Assembly: GCA_948442365.1 (NCBI GenBank) | Contig: CAOJRU010000004.1 | Location: 4,304-68,303, forward strand | Reading direction: 5' to 3' | Source of the DNA: an uncultured Clostridium sp. | GTDB lineage: Bacteria > Bacillota > Clostridia > TANB77 > CAG-508 | DNA: 64,000 nucleotides | Part shown: in pieces, positions 1 through 9,443 of the stretch | Position numbering within the stretch: the first letter of the stretch is position 1 | How the letters are laid out: each line of letters begins with the position of its first letter | Notes under the pieces: model-generated | Database searches by the model: none | Told to the model about the DNA's origin: nothing | The model's input: the letters and a program-made list of their open reading frames with translations, nothing else | Position numbers and translations under genes: made by a program

Positions 1-2243
1 ATACAAACGGTTGGTACTCCATTTAATTTTATGGTATTGTCTCCAAATTCTTCCAAACTAAATCCTGCTTGTTCAAACATTTCCATATTTTCTCTTGCTA
101 TATCCATTTCTTTATGGGATAATGTCATAACATCTGGCAATAATAACATTTGAGAGTCTTTGTTTTTCTCACTGTAATAATTTTTCTTTACTTTTTCGTA
201 CATAATTCTTTCATGGGCAGCATGTTGATCTAATATGTACATTTCTTTGTCTATTTCTAATATAATGTAAGTTTTAAATACAATTCCAACAAATTTATAA
301 GTTGGTTTTTGGAATTCTTCCGTTTCTTCAAATACTGATATATTATCTTTTATAATATCTACTGCACTGGTCCTTTTCTGTTCTTCTCTCTCTTTTTCTT
401 CTATTTCTCTTTCTTTCTCAATTGGCAATCTTCCAAACATTTTAGCATACATTTCATTGAAGTCTTTGGAAACTACTTCTGGATTATCATTTAAGTCTTG
501 CATCTTTTGTTTGATTTCTTCAAATTCTTTTTGAATTTCTGGATCTTCTATATTTTCTATGATTTCTTCTGCTTTTTCTTCCGTTGGTTCTTTCGTATTT
601 TCCTGTTTGCACACTTCTTCATTTTCTGGCTGTTTTTCTTGTTTGTCTGTAACTTTTTCCTCTTCATTTCCGTTCTCTACTTGTTCTTCCTGTTCTTTTT
701 CTTCTGTTACTTGTTCTGCTACTACAACCTCATAATTTTTTTCATTTATGGTTTCTTCTGGTTGATTTTCGTTTTCTTGCTCTTCTTGTTTTTCTTCTGC
801 TATTTCTTTTATTATCTCTTCTTCCTTTTGTTTTTCATCTATGCTGTGATTTGCTATTTTTGCTTCTTCTTTTTCTTCTAACTTATATTCTGTTTTTGTA
901 TCTTCCAAACTGACTACTGGCGTTATATTTTTCTTTTCTAAATCTTTTACAATTTTTTCTTTCATTTCTCTTAATTGTTTTAAAACATCGGATGTATCAA
1001 TTGGTGCTCCAATCTCTTTTAGTTTTGGTGTTTCTGTTTCTTCTTTTTGACTTTGAAAAATTTCCTCCACATGATTGGTTTTTAAGCTACTTTCTTCTTC
1101 TGTATACTTTTCAATCTTCTTTTCATTTTGCTTTCTAAATCCAAATAAACCACTACTATTATTTGAGTTTTCTTTTTTGGCTTCTCTAATACTTTTTAAT
1201 CTTTCTTCGAAACTTACTTCTCTAGGCGTTGTTGCCGTATTTACTACCAATTCACTTTTTAGCAAAGTATCTTTTATGGCATGATAAATAGATTGGAATA
1301 TTTTGTTTTCTTCTTCAAAACGTACCTCCAATTTTGCTGGATGAACATTAACATCTACTTTGGCTGGATTCATTTCGATGTTTAAAATAACAAATCCAAA
1401 TTTTCCAATTGGTATCAACCCTTTATAAGCTTGCTCTGTGGCAGCTGTTAAAGTTTTGTCTTTGATGTATCTTTTATTCACAAAAAATAATTGATTGGAA
1501 CGATTGGATCTGGCTATTTCTGGCTTTCCAATAACGCCTGAAATCGTAATATCTTCATATTGATAATTTAGTTCCATAATACCATTGGCTACATCTTTTC
1601 CGTAAATACTGTAGATAACACTTTTTAAGTCTCCATTCCCATTGGTTTGAATGACTGTTTTTCCTGTATTAATTAGCTTTATACTAATTGCTGGATTCAC
1701 TAACGCTATTCTTGTGATGACATCTTCTATATATCCTGATTCTGTATAATCTTTTTTTAAGAATTTATATCTAACTGGTGTATTGAAAAATAAATTTCTA
1801 ACGGTAATAGAAGTTCCTGTCTGACATCCTACTTCTTCTTGCTCTAATATGTCTCCCCCTTCTACTACAATTCGATAACCTGTTTCTTGTTCTTGTGTTT
1901 TGGATATCATTTCTACATTACTAATGGCTGCAATACTTGCTAAGGCTTCTCCTCGAAATCCCATAGTGGTTACTAAGTCCAAGTCATCAGCTGTTCTAAT
2001 TTTACTGGTAGCATGTCTTTCAAAGGCAATTTCTAGGTCATCTTGCGCGATTCCTTTTCCATTGTCTATTACTTTTATGTAAGATATTCCTCCATTTTTG
2101 ATCTCTACTGTTATATTGGTTGCTCCTGCATCAATTGAGTTTTCTACCATTTCTTTTATGACAGATGCTGGTCGTTCTATTACTTCTCCTGCTGCTATCT
2201 TGTTAATTGTTAATTCGTCTAATAATACTATGTTTCCCATTTT
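1..2243 (-). CDS. mutL: DNA mismatch repair protein MutL, truncated by the left window edge (C-terminus runs off)
   Basis: Minus-strand ATG at 2243 gives MGNIVLLDELTINKIAAGEVIERPASVIKEMVENSIDAGA, a GHKL ATPase N-terminus. Minus-strand translation of about 180-300 gives YKFVGIVFKTYIILEIDKEMYILDQHAAHERIMYEKV, containing the MutL C-terminal QHAAHER motif. An E/K-rich low-complexity linker is encoded at about 330-1000. No stop occurs before the edge, so it is absent from the ORF track. Confidence 0.9.
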
Positions 2244-2495
2244 TTCTTTTCATTCCTTCCTATACATGCTAGGTTTCTTTTTTCTTTCTTTGGTTTTTAT
2301 TATATCATTACTCTTTTTATTTTGTATAGGCTTTTATGAAATTTTTTTGTTTATTAACTTACTATTTCATTACTATTCACAGTTAAAATAAATACTAACA
2401 AAAATTATGATAAGACAGACAGGACCTTTCAGCCCTGCCTGTCTTTGATACATTCATATCTTCGTTGTTTCTCTGCCTTTTCTAGTTACAATTGC

Positions 2496-3053
2496 TTATT
2501 TATCTTTTACCTTAAACTCAAACAATGGTTCATCCCATTCATAGTCGTCCTTTAACACTTCATATGCTATGAAAAAAGCAATGATTGCTATAATGGACCA
2601 AGCTCCCCACCAAAAGAATGGTTTATTATAGGGATAAATACTTATTCCCTCTGGGTGCTGAACGGAATCATGTCCTCCTGTTAAGCCTTTTCTTTGCCTT
2701 TCCAAGCCAAACAGCTGATTAGTAAGGTTCTCTTTTGAGAGGGTTTGTAATTCCTCTCTACTTCTCAATAAATTTTTGTACCAGATTCCGATATCGTTAC
2801 TAGGATCCTTCCAAAAAATAGAGATTTGTCCTTCTGTTAATTGCTTCTTTTCCAGTACTATAATTGCAGCAGTTAATTCTTCTTCTGCTGTTTCAATCGT
2901 GCCTGCCTCGACATAGTTCTGAAGATGTCCTTTTACTTTTACAGTAAAGTCATTTGCAGCTACCAACCGGATAAGTGCCCAAACACAAAATGATGCAACT
3001 GAAAAAATTAATAACGTGGTGATAAGTTTTCCTTTTGTTATTTTTGTAATCAT
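2496..3053 (-). CDS. hypothetical membrane protein (N-terminal and C-terminal hydrophobic segments)
   Basis: 185-aa ORF from the track. TM-like stretches LITTLLIFSVASFCVWALI and FFWWGAWSIIAIIAFFIAY. No recognisable family. Confidence 0.5.
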   Translation of the reverse strand: MITKITKGKLITTLLIFSVASFCVWALIRLVAANDFTVKVKGHLQNYVEAGTIETAEEELTAAIIVLEKKQLTEGQISIFWKDPSNDIGIWYKNLLRSREELQTLSKENLTNQLFGLERQRKGLTGGHDSVQHPEGISIYPYNKPFFWWGAWSIIAIIAFFIAYEVLKDDYEWDEPLFEFKVKDK

Positions 3054-3326
3054 AAAATACCTCCTATTTTAAGACATTCGGCAGAGAGATACTCGATACA
3101 TACTCTTATTATATCATACATTCACATAATTTTCAATTTTTCCTTCTATCTATAAAATCTTTTTTACATAATATCTTAACACTCAACATTTTATTATTAA
3201 GTATCTCAATATAAAACTAAATACTATTATCCCAAAAGAAGGACACATCTTTTACAACGTGTCCTTCTTCCCCCTCCCTAAAAAAGCAGAGGGGAAAAAC
3301 GCATCATTCTACTTTTATCTCAACAA

Positions 3327-3503
3327 TTACCTTGTATTCCCTATGGACTGTTCACTATTTGTTCCATAAAATATTTTTATGTTGGGACAGACCTCTTTGG
3401 GACAGACCTCTTTTAGTACGCAAGGCTTTTTTTCTCTTGCCTCTTTTATAGCTGCTACTCCGTTTTTCAATGTTTCTCCTGTGTAAATGCGTTCTTGTTT
3501 CAT
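3327..3503 (-). CDS. small hypothetical protein (58 aa) with a duplicated KEVCP motif; absent from the ORF track because it is under 60 aa
   Basis: ATG at 3503 has GGAGG 8 nt upstream. Translation is MKQERIYTGETLKNGVAAIKEAREKKPCVLKEVCPKEVCPNIKIFYGTNSEQSIGNTR. A tandem 15-bp DNA repeat (gggacagacctcttt x2) encodes KEVCP twice. Confidence 0.4.
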   Translation of the reverse strand: MKQERIYTGETLKNGVAAIKEAREKKPCVLKEVCPKEVCPNIKIFYGTNSEQSIGNTR

Positions 3504-3719
3504 ATTTATTCCTCCTTGAAACTTCTTTACTGACTATTTAGTATCTATATTCATTGTACCAAATTCCTACTAAAAAATCAACTTATGTAGATTGTTTGCT
3601 ATTTTTTACTAAGCAAAAAATATTTGAAGTAATTCCAAAATAAATATACTTTTTCCAAAACATAAACGGAACCAACTTTAAGTTTGATTCCGTTGTTCTT
3701 TATCTTAAAACTTACGTTT

Positions 3720-4376
3720 TTATTCCTCTTCTTTTTTCTTCTCTGCTAACTTTTTCTCAAAACAAGAAGTAATTGCAATTAGGGACAATACGTACACTGC
3801 CAATACCAATGGAATCGTTATTCTTCCAATTGGTATTCTTGCAATTGCCATAATACTTAATAAAGTAGCTTGTGCTGCTATTAGTAAAGCAACTGTTTCT
3901 AACAAAGTTTTCATCATACCTAATTTATAATAGCGAATTGTCATATATACTAATATAATAATCGTTGCGATAGCAAAAGGCATAATATAGGGTCTTACAA
4001 TATCTCTTCCTCTTGTATGAGGAATATTGGTTATTTGTATACTATCTGTTGTTAGTTCTAATCCATATTTTTCATTCACTTTATGAATCAAATTACCTTT
4101 TTGTTCTTCTGTCATTTCTTTTGCCAAAATACTAACGGTATCTTCAAACACTTCTACTTTTTGAATCACCACCGCTTGGTTTGGTAACACTTCATCTGTT
4201 ATTTGTTTGATATCTGCTATTTGAAAATCTTTTTCTAAATATAATTGTATACTTTTTGCTTCTTGATATCTTAAATCAAAATTCAAACCGATTGTAAAGG
4301 TAACAATCATTCCTGCTATAATTATCATTACTATCAAAATTGCTAATATTTTTGTTTTTTTGTTTATTTCTTTCAT
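3720..4376 (-). CDS. secF: protein-export membrane protein SecF-like
   Basis: 218 aa with an N-terminal TM, a periplasmic-type domain, then multiple C-terminal TMs. It lies immediately downstream of the SecD-like gene with a 3-bp gap. Similarity is divergent. Confidence 0.55.
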   Translation of the reverse strand: MKEINKKTKILAILIVMIIIAGMIVTFTIGLNFDLRYQEAKSIQLYLEKDFQIADIKQITDEVLPNQAVVIQKVEVFEDTVSILAKEMTEEQKGNLIHKVNEKYGLELTTDSIQITNIPHTRGRDIVRPYIMPFAIATIIILVYMTIRYYKLGMMKTLLETVALLIAAQATLLSIMAIARIPIGRITIPLVLAVYVLSLIAITSCFEKKLAEKKKEEE

Positions 4377-4378
4377 CT

Positions 4379-5770
4379 TTACTTTTCCTTTCTTGTTTCT
4401 ATTTTTAATAAACTATTGGTTACGGCTATGTTATAAAAAACCATTAAAACAATTCCCCAGAACATTGCCATACCAAAGCTACTAATTGGTGTCCATCTAA
4501 TAAAGCAGAAAGTAATTACCATGATGACGATTGGTATTATTTTGATAAAAAAATTTTTATACACTTCTTTTCTATCTTCCTTTTGTGCTAATAATTTATT
4601 TACTAAAATATAATTTAATACGAAAACCACTACCATTCCGAAGAAACCTTCTAGTGCTATCACAACATTTGTATAACGAACTATTATCATATATAGAGAC
4701 ACGAAACCGATATAACCAATAGCACCTAATGCACCGAATGCTTTATATCTTACTATCCATACCATTAATCCTATCACTACAACCGCTAATACAATATAAA
4801 TAGCTAATTCCATTTCATTTTCTGTTATATCAGATAATATATATTGATTACTATTGACATCATATTTTACAGGTATGTTTCCTGTACCTAAAACAGTTGC
4901 CATACTAGAAGCTTGGTCAATATAGCCTTGCAAAGTATCTTTATCGTTTGAAGCAGAACCAATGGATAATTGTAATTTTCCTGTTCTTACTGGTTCTTCA
5001 AAGCTTGTTGACATGATTTCTTCATCATCAATATTCATGGTTACCTTTTTTTCATTTGTTGCTTCTGTATTGCTTTCAGTGGTATTTTCTTCTGAACTTG
5101 TATTTTCTGTTTTTCTATATTGATTACTAATTTCTTCTAATTTTTTACTACCATCTTTATTAAATTCGATATCTAAATATACCGTCGTTCCGTTATTGGC
5201 ACTTGTACTATTATTTCCTGAACCATACATAACTTTTGCTTGTTTAATATCTTGATTATTTAATAAAATCTCTTTTGTTTCACTATCAATAATTTCAAAT
5301 TTACCTACTGTACTTAAATTACTAACTACATGGTCTGTTTCTTCATTTTCTGGCAATTCTATTACGATATCGCCTGTTTCTTCTTCTAATTTTATAATGT
5401 AGTTACTAACACCCAATTTTTGTAATCTTTTCTCAATTACTCTTTGAGAAGCTTTATAATTTTCAATATTTTTCACTTCTTCGCTATTTTTTGCTTTTTC
5501 TTCTTTTATATATCCTTTTTCAGCAATCTCTTCATCTGTTAAGTTAGCACTATCTTCTACCTTATTTCCTTCTGCATCCTTTATGGTTGTTTCTGTTTCT
5601 GTATTTACTTTTAATCGAATATTTCTACTTCCTTTTAAATCCATAGCCAAATCATATTGTTTTACTTGGTTTTCCATTCTATTTTGTACTGGTATATAAA
5701 CCCCCAAAAATGCAATCATGGTAACTGCTATGATAGCTAATGTAATAGTTAATATTTTAATTTTTTTCAT
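4379..5770 (-). CDS. secD: protein-export membrane protein SecD-like
   Basis: 463 aa with an N-terminal TM and a large extracytoplasmic domain (AMDLKGSRNIRLKV resembles the SecD LDLKGG region). A C-terminal 6-TM bundle is typical of SecD. Confidence 0.6.
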   Translation of the reverse strand: MKKIKILTITLAIIAVTMIAFLGVYIPVQNRMENQVKQYDLAMDLKGSRNIRLKVNTETETTIKDAEGNKVEDSANLTDEEIAEKGYIKEEKAKNSEEVKNIENYKASQRVIEKRLQKLGVSNYIIKLEEETGDIVIELPENEETDHVVSNLSTVGKFEIIDSETKEILLNNQDIKQAKVMYGSGNNSTSANNGTTVYLDIEFNKDGSKKLEEISNQYRKTENTSSEENTTESNTEATNEKKVTMNIDDEEIMSTSFEEPVRTGKLQLSIGSASNDKDTLQGYIDQASSMATVLGTGNIPVKYDVNSNQYILSDITENEMELAIYIVLAVVVIGLMVWIVRYKAFGALGAIGYIGFVSLYMIIVRYTNVVIALEGFFGMVVVFVLNYILVNKLLAQKEDRKEVYKNFFIKIIPIVIMVITFCFIRWTPISSFGMAMFWGIVLMVFYNIAVTNSLLKIETRKEK

Positions 5771-5788
5771 TTTTTCCTACTCCTCCAT

Positions 5789-6376
5789 TTATAATAATTT
5801 GGTATCATTGATTACTAATTCAAACCATATTTTTAAATACTTTGCTGCATATTTACTCATCATCGTTCGATCCATAAAAATCTCAAAATAGTCTAATACA
5901 GGACATATTTGGGTATCAATAGTTAAATTTAGTATTACTTTTCTGTCTTTACTATCAATTTTCAATTCCGCATTAGATACGGCATAATTTACTCTATCAT
6001 GAATATCAAAAGTAGATAAATTCATATTGGAAACTCTGTTTCTATGCACATCTGATTTATCGGCTAAAATGAGAGCTGCTGAAATATCACTTACTGCTGT
6101 TCCTGTCTGTTCATCATGATTTCCAATCGCCATCATAATTTCTGTTCTTTCTTCTACTGGCATACCCATATCTTTTAAAATATGATAGGCTAGTATGGCT
6201 CCACTATGGGCATGGTCTGTACGATTGACACAATTCCCAATGTCATGTAAATACCCTGCAATTCTAGCAAGTTCAATGGTTCTTTCTGGATAGCCTAATG
6301 TGTCTAAAATTTCTCCTGCCCTTTGTGAAACAATAGAAATATGTCTATGACTATGTTCTGTGTAGCCGAAGACCAT
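5789..6376 (-). CDS. HD-domain phosphohydrolase; the 5' end is probably disrupted by a frameshift, with a possible true start at 6445
   Basis: HD motif residues in GYTEHSHRHISIV...YLHDIGN. An upstream out-of-frame ORF (start 6445) encodes MITLQDVIENKEVEALIQGAQKQLDGL and overlaps the annotated ATG at 6376. Confidence 0.6.
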   Translation of the reverse strand: MVFGYTEHSHRHISIVSQRAGEILDTLGYPERTIELARIAGYLHDIGNCVNRTDHAHSGAILAYHILKDMGMPVEERTEIMMAIGNHDEQTGTAVSDISAALILADKSDVHRNRVSNMNLSTFDIHDRVNYAVSNAELKIDSKDRKVILNLTIDTQICPVLDYFEIFMDRTMMSKYAAKYLKIWFELVINDTKLL

Positions 6377-6704
6377 CTAATTGTTTTTGTGCTCCTTGAA
6401 TTAAGGCTTCTACCTCTTTATTTTCTATTACGTCTTGTAAGGTTATCATTTTATTTTGCCTCCTATTTTTTGTCTTTCTCAATTTTATCTTAAAATATAA
6501 AAAATATCAACTATTTTTATAATAAATTTGTGTAAATTAATACTATTTTTATTAATTTGCACAAATTTATTCGTATTCATACATAAGAACAAAAAGGGCA
6601 TCCTAAATTTTTTGACTTTTTAGCTAACTTACATGCCCCATTTTTGTTCGCTCGCGAAAATTTTTTAAATTTCTTCTGTTCCATGTATCTTTTTGTATTT
6701 TAAT

Positions 6705-7313
6705 TTATTCTCCTATTGCAGAAATGGTAAAATTGTATTGTTTGATTTTTTGTCCATCTTTCGTATCTTGTATATCTTCTATTTTGTTTGTTTGGTATTC
6801 CCACCTCCAATGTATGATAATTCTTTTATTGTTGGTCATTTCTCCTTTTAATTCTTCTTCCATATCTTCCAACTTAGTATATTTTCTATCTTTTCCTTCT
6901 ATTTGAAAGTTTAAATTTTGTGGTTTGTCATTTTGACTTTTAAATTTGATTTGATAATTAATTTTCTGATTCGTTTGTAAAACTATTTCAAAGGTTCCTT
7001 CTGTTCCTGGTGCTATTTTCTCGCGAACCTGTGTATTTTGATTAATCGTATCGACTAAATAAATATCTTTAAAGTCAATATTTTTATACGATACCTCAAA
7101 TCGATAGGATGGATACGGTTGATGGTTTTGATTTTTTTGATTTTTTGATAGAAGTGTATTTTTCTTTTCTCTTCTTCCAGAAGAAAACCATTTGAAAAAA
7201 ATAAGTTCTTCTTGAAATTTATCATTTGGATATTTTTGGTTTAGAAATAAAAAAATGACTATCATTATGATTAGAATCACTAATAAAAATGTTTTTCTTT
7301 TTCGTTTTTTCAT
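6705..7313 (-). CDS. secreted or membrane-anchored protein, paralog of 8109..8696 (possibly TasA/camelysin-like, tentative)
   Basis: 202 aa with an N-terminal hydrophobic anchor. AAGGAGG lies 10 nt upstream of the ATG. Motifs KIAPGTEGTFEIV and IIIHWRWEYQ are shared with the 8109..8696 product (KIAPGTRGSFNIMV, TIHWKWDYE). Confidence 0.6.
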   Translation of the reverse strand: MKKRKRKTFLLVILIIMIVIFLFLNQKYPNDKFQEELIFFKWFSSGRREKKNTLLSKNQKNQNHQPYPSYRFEVSYKNIDFKDIYLVDTINQNTQVREKIAPGTEGTFEIVLQTNQKINYQIKFKSQNDKPQNLNFQIEGKDRKYTKLEDMEEELKGEMTNNKRIIIHWRWEYQTNKIEDIQDTKDGQKIKQYNFTISAIGE

Positions 7314-7328
7314 ATTGCTTGTGCCTCC

Positions 7329-7841
7329 TTACCTTTTTAATTGTTCAGAATGCACTTTTATTTGAACTTCTTGTAAAATGTCTTTTGTTGGTATACCTTT
7401 GGTTTTATCATAAATAATTTGTAATTGATAGCAGTCCTCTTGTATCTTTTCTTTCTCTAATTTCATATTACCTGTTTGGTTATTTTCTATCGGAATTTCT
7501 TGATTGTCTTTATATAATTTAAAAGAAATGGCTTCTTCCGTTTGTGCTATAATTTCAATATTGTATTGTAAATCAATTTGGGTGACTTCTCCATTTTCTC
7601 TATAATTTTTTACTTTAAAATCATAATATTCCTTCTGTTTCTTGCCATTTATTTCAACTACTGGATTGTTTTCTACGGTTAATATAGGTTCTGCTATTTT
7701 ACTACTTGCTTCTATATTGGTATTACTGTATTCTTTTCCCATACTGTATCCCGAAAAGAATAATACTAATACCATGATACTTACTAAAATAAGTGTTATT
7801 TCTCTTCTTTTTATTTTTAGTGGGATTTTTACTTTTCTCAT
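7329..7841 (-). CDS. hypothetical membrane-anchored or secreted protein
   Basis: 170 aa. GGGAGG RBS. N-terminal TM. Flanked by the two paralogous secreted-protein genes. Confidence 0.5.
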   Translation of the reverse strand: MRKVKIPLKIKRREITLILVSIMVLVLFFSGYSMGKEYSNTNIEASSKIAEPILTVENNPVVEINGKKQKEYYDFKVKNYRENGEVTQIDLQYNIEIIAQTEEAISFKLYKDNQEIPIENNQTGNMKLEKEKIQEDCYQLQIIYDKTKGIPTKDILQEVQIKVHSEQLKR

Positions 7842-7902
7842 TTATGCCTCCCTTTTGCTATTATTGTTACGTTTTAATTTACATGGCAAGGACAAGTAAT
7901 TT

Positions 7903-7985
7903 TCAAGTTTCGACTTTTGCAAGTAAAGATTATAAAATAGAAAAATTATATATTATAACCTCCACTTGCAAAAGCCGAAACCTGA
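7903..7985. repeat. intergenic hairpin repeat, family A copy 1 (22-bp arms, ~39-nt loop)
   Basis: tcaagtttcgacttttgcaagt ... acttgcaaaagccgaaacctga, 20 of 22 complementary. The loop contains aaattatatattataacctcc. A second copy lies at 13257..13329. Confidence 0.6.
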
Positions 7986-8108
7986 ATGTCCTTACTTTTC
8001 ATTGACAAATAAAATAAAAATATAATATAGAATAAAGGTGTACTTTTACCATATAAATCAATACTATTTCTTTACATTTTCAATCTTCTATTCTTCCTAA
8101 TGATTTTC

Positions 8109-8696
8109 CTATGTTTGTGGTACTACTTGTGTACCTGAAACAATTACCTTGAAAGTATAAGTAGCAATATCTTTTGCATTTTGTGTATCAATTTTGTCAT
8201 TTTCTGCTATTTCTGTTTCATTGTTTCCTGTTTCGTAATCCCATTTCCAATGAATTGTTAAAGTTTTGATTTTGTTTTCATCATTGGCATGAATCGTTCC
8301 TGATAAATTATTTTGTAACTCATTTACCGAACTGTATTCTTGCCCGTCATAGACAAATTTTAAGTTGGTTGGTTTGGTACTTTCTTCTGTAAATTCAATA
8401 CAATAATTAATCCCTACATCCGATCCTGTTCCGTCTACCATAATGTTAAAACTTCCCCTTGTGCCTGGTGCTATTTTATTATTTACTAATGTTTCATTAT
8501 TACAAGTAGAAGCTAATTGAATGGTTTGCACTTGTTCTTGTTGTCCATTAACTTTAAAACTCCATGTTGCTACTTCCGCTATTCCATCTCCTCTTACTTC
8601 TGATACATATTTAGAATAACTTTGACCTCCTATAAAGGATACAATAACACAAGATAAAATAGCTATTATGGCTATTATTTTTTTCTTTTTGCTCAA
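8109..8696 (-). CDS. secreted protein, paralog of 6705..7313 (TasA/camelysin-like, tentative)
   Basis: The track ORF extends to 8831, but AGGAGG lies 8 nt before the in-frame TTG at 8696. The product starts (M)SKKKKIIAIIAILSCVIVSFIGGQSYSKYVSEV, a signal peptide with a GGxSY motif reminiscent of SipW-cognate signals. It shares KIAPGT and IHWKWDYE motifs with 6705..7313. Confidence 0.5.
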   Translation of the reverse strand: MSKKKKIIAIIAILSCVIVSFIGGQSYSKYVSEVRGDGIAEVATWSFKVNGQQEQVQTIQLASTCNNETLVNNKIAPGTRGSFNIMVDGTGSDVGINYCIEFTEESTKPTNLKFVYDGQEYSSVNELQNNLSGTIHANDENKIKTLTIHWKWDYETGNNETEIAENDKIDTQNAKDIATYTFKVIVSGTQVVPQT

Positions 8697-8993
8697 TAAG
8701 CATGCCTCCTTTCTTTTTAAATTTTTCGTTTGGATTTTTTTCGATAAAATTTTCGAATTAAAATTTCTTTGAATGAATATAGAAATTTGAAAATGTATCC
8801 ACATTATAATCCCATTTTTTGGAATTGTCAATTATTTTTCATCGCAAGTTTCGACATTTTTTGAGATTTGTAAAAATAAAAATTTAACTCTTGACTTTTC
8901 CAATTTTTTACAATATAATGTTTAATATTTTCTATCTTTTATTTCTTATATTTCCCCTTAAAATTATATATAAACTGAAAGGAGGCATGTTTA

Positions 8994-9443
8994 TTGCACA
9001 AAAAAACAAAAATTTTTATCGCTTTATTTTTTATCTTTATTTTTAGTATCTTTTCTCAAACTGCTTCAGCTAAATATGTAATAGAAGATATCCAACTGGT
9101 AGCCAAAATAGATATTGACCGCTGCCAACCTAATATTCAACTTATGGATATTACTTCTTCGAATACTAATTATTCAACCTATGCCAATCAAAATCATTTA
9201 ATCACTGGACATCTCAAAATAATAGAAAAAAATATTACTCGAAATGATTTATCCATAGATAATATAAAAGTTATCGTTAATAATGATTTGGTTACTCCTG
9301 AATTTAAAAGCTTTTTTCTAGTTTCTGAAAATGCTATTGAAAAATTATACGAATTTTCTTTTACACATACAACCAGTAATGGTTCTTTAACTCTGATGAT
9401 TCCTGAAGGGGTTGTAGAGGATAAATCACGGTTTAATCAATGA
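8994..9443 (+). CDS. secreted protein, N-terminal part (signal peptide); probably the 5' piece of a frameshifted gene that continues in 9418..10347
   Basis: Signal peptide MHKKTKIFIALFFIFIFSIFSQTASA. It ends at a TGA at 9441. The +1 frame is open from 9418 to 10347 with no RBS or credible start. Confidence 0.5.
   Translation: MHKKTKIFIALFFIFIFSIFSQTASAKYVIEDIQLVAKIDIDRCQPNIQLMDITSSNTNYSTYANQNHLITGHLKIIEKNITRNDLSIDNIKVIVNNDLVTPEFKSFFLVSENAIEKLYEFSFTHTTSNGSLTLMIPEGVVEDKSRFNQ

Noticed and set aside
498-881. Plus-strand 127-aa Phe-rich ORF
   Set aside because: Antisense to the low-complexity linker of mutL. Its composition is an artefact of the E/K-rich repeat on the coding strand.
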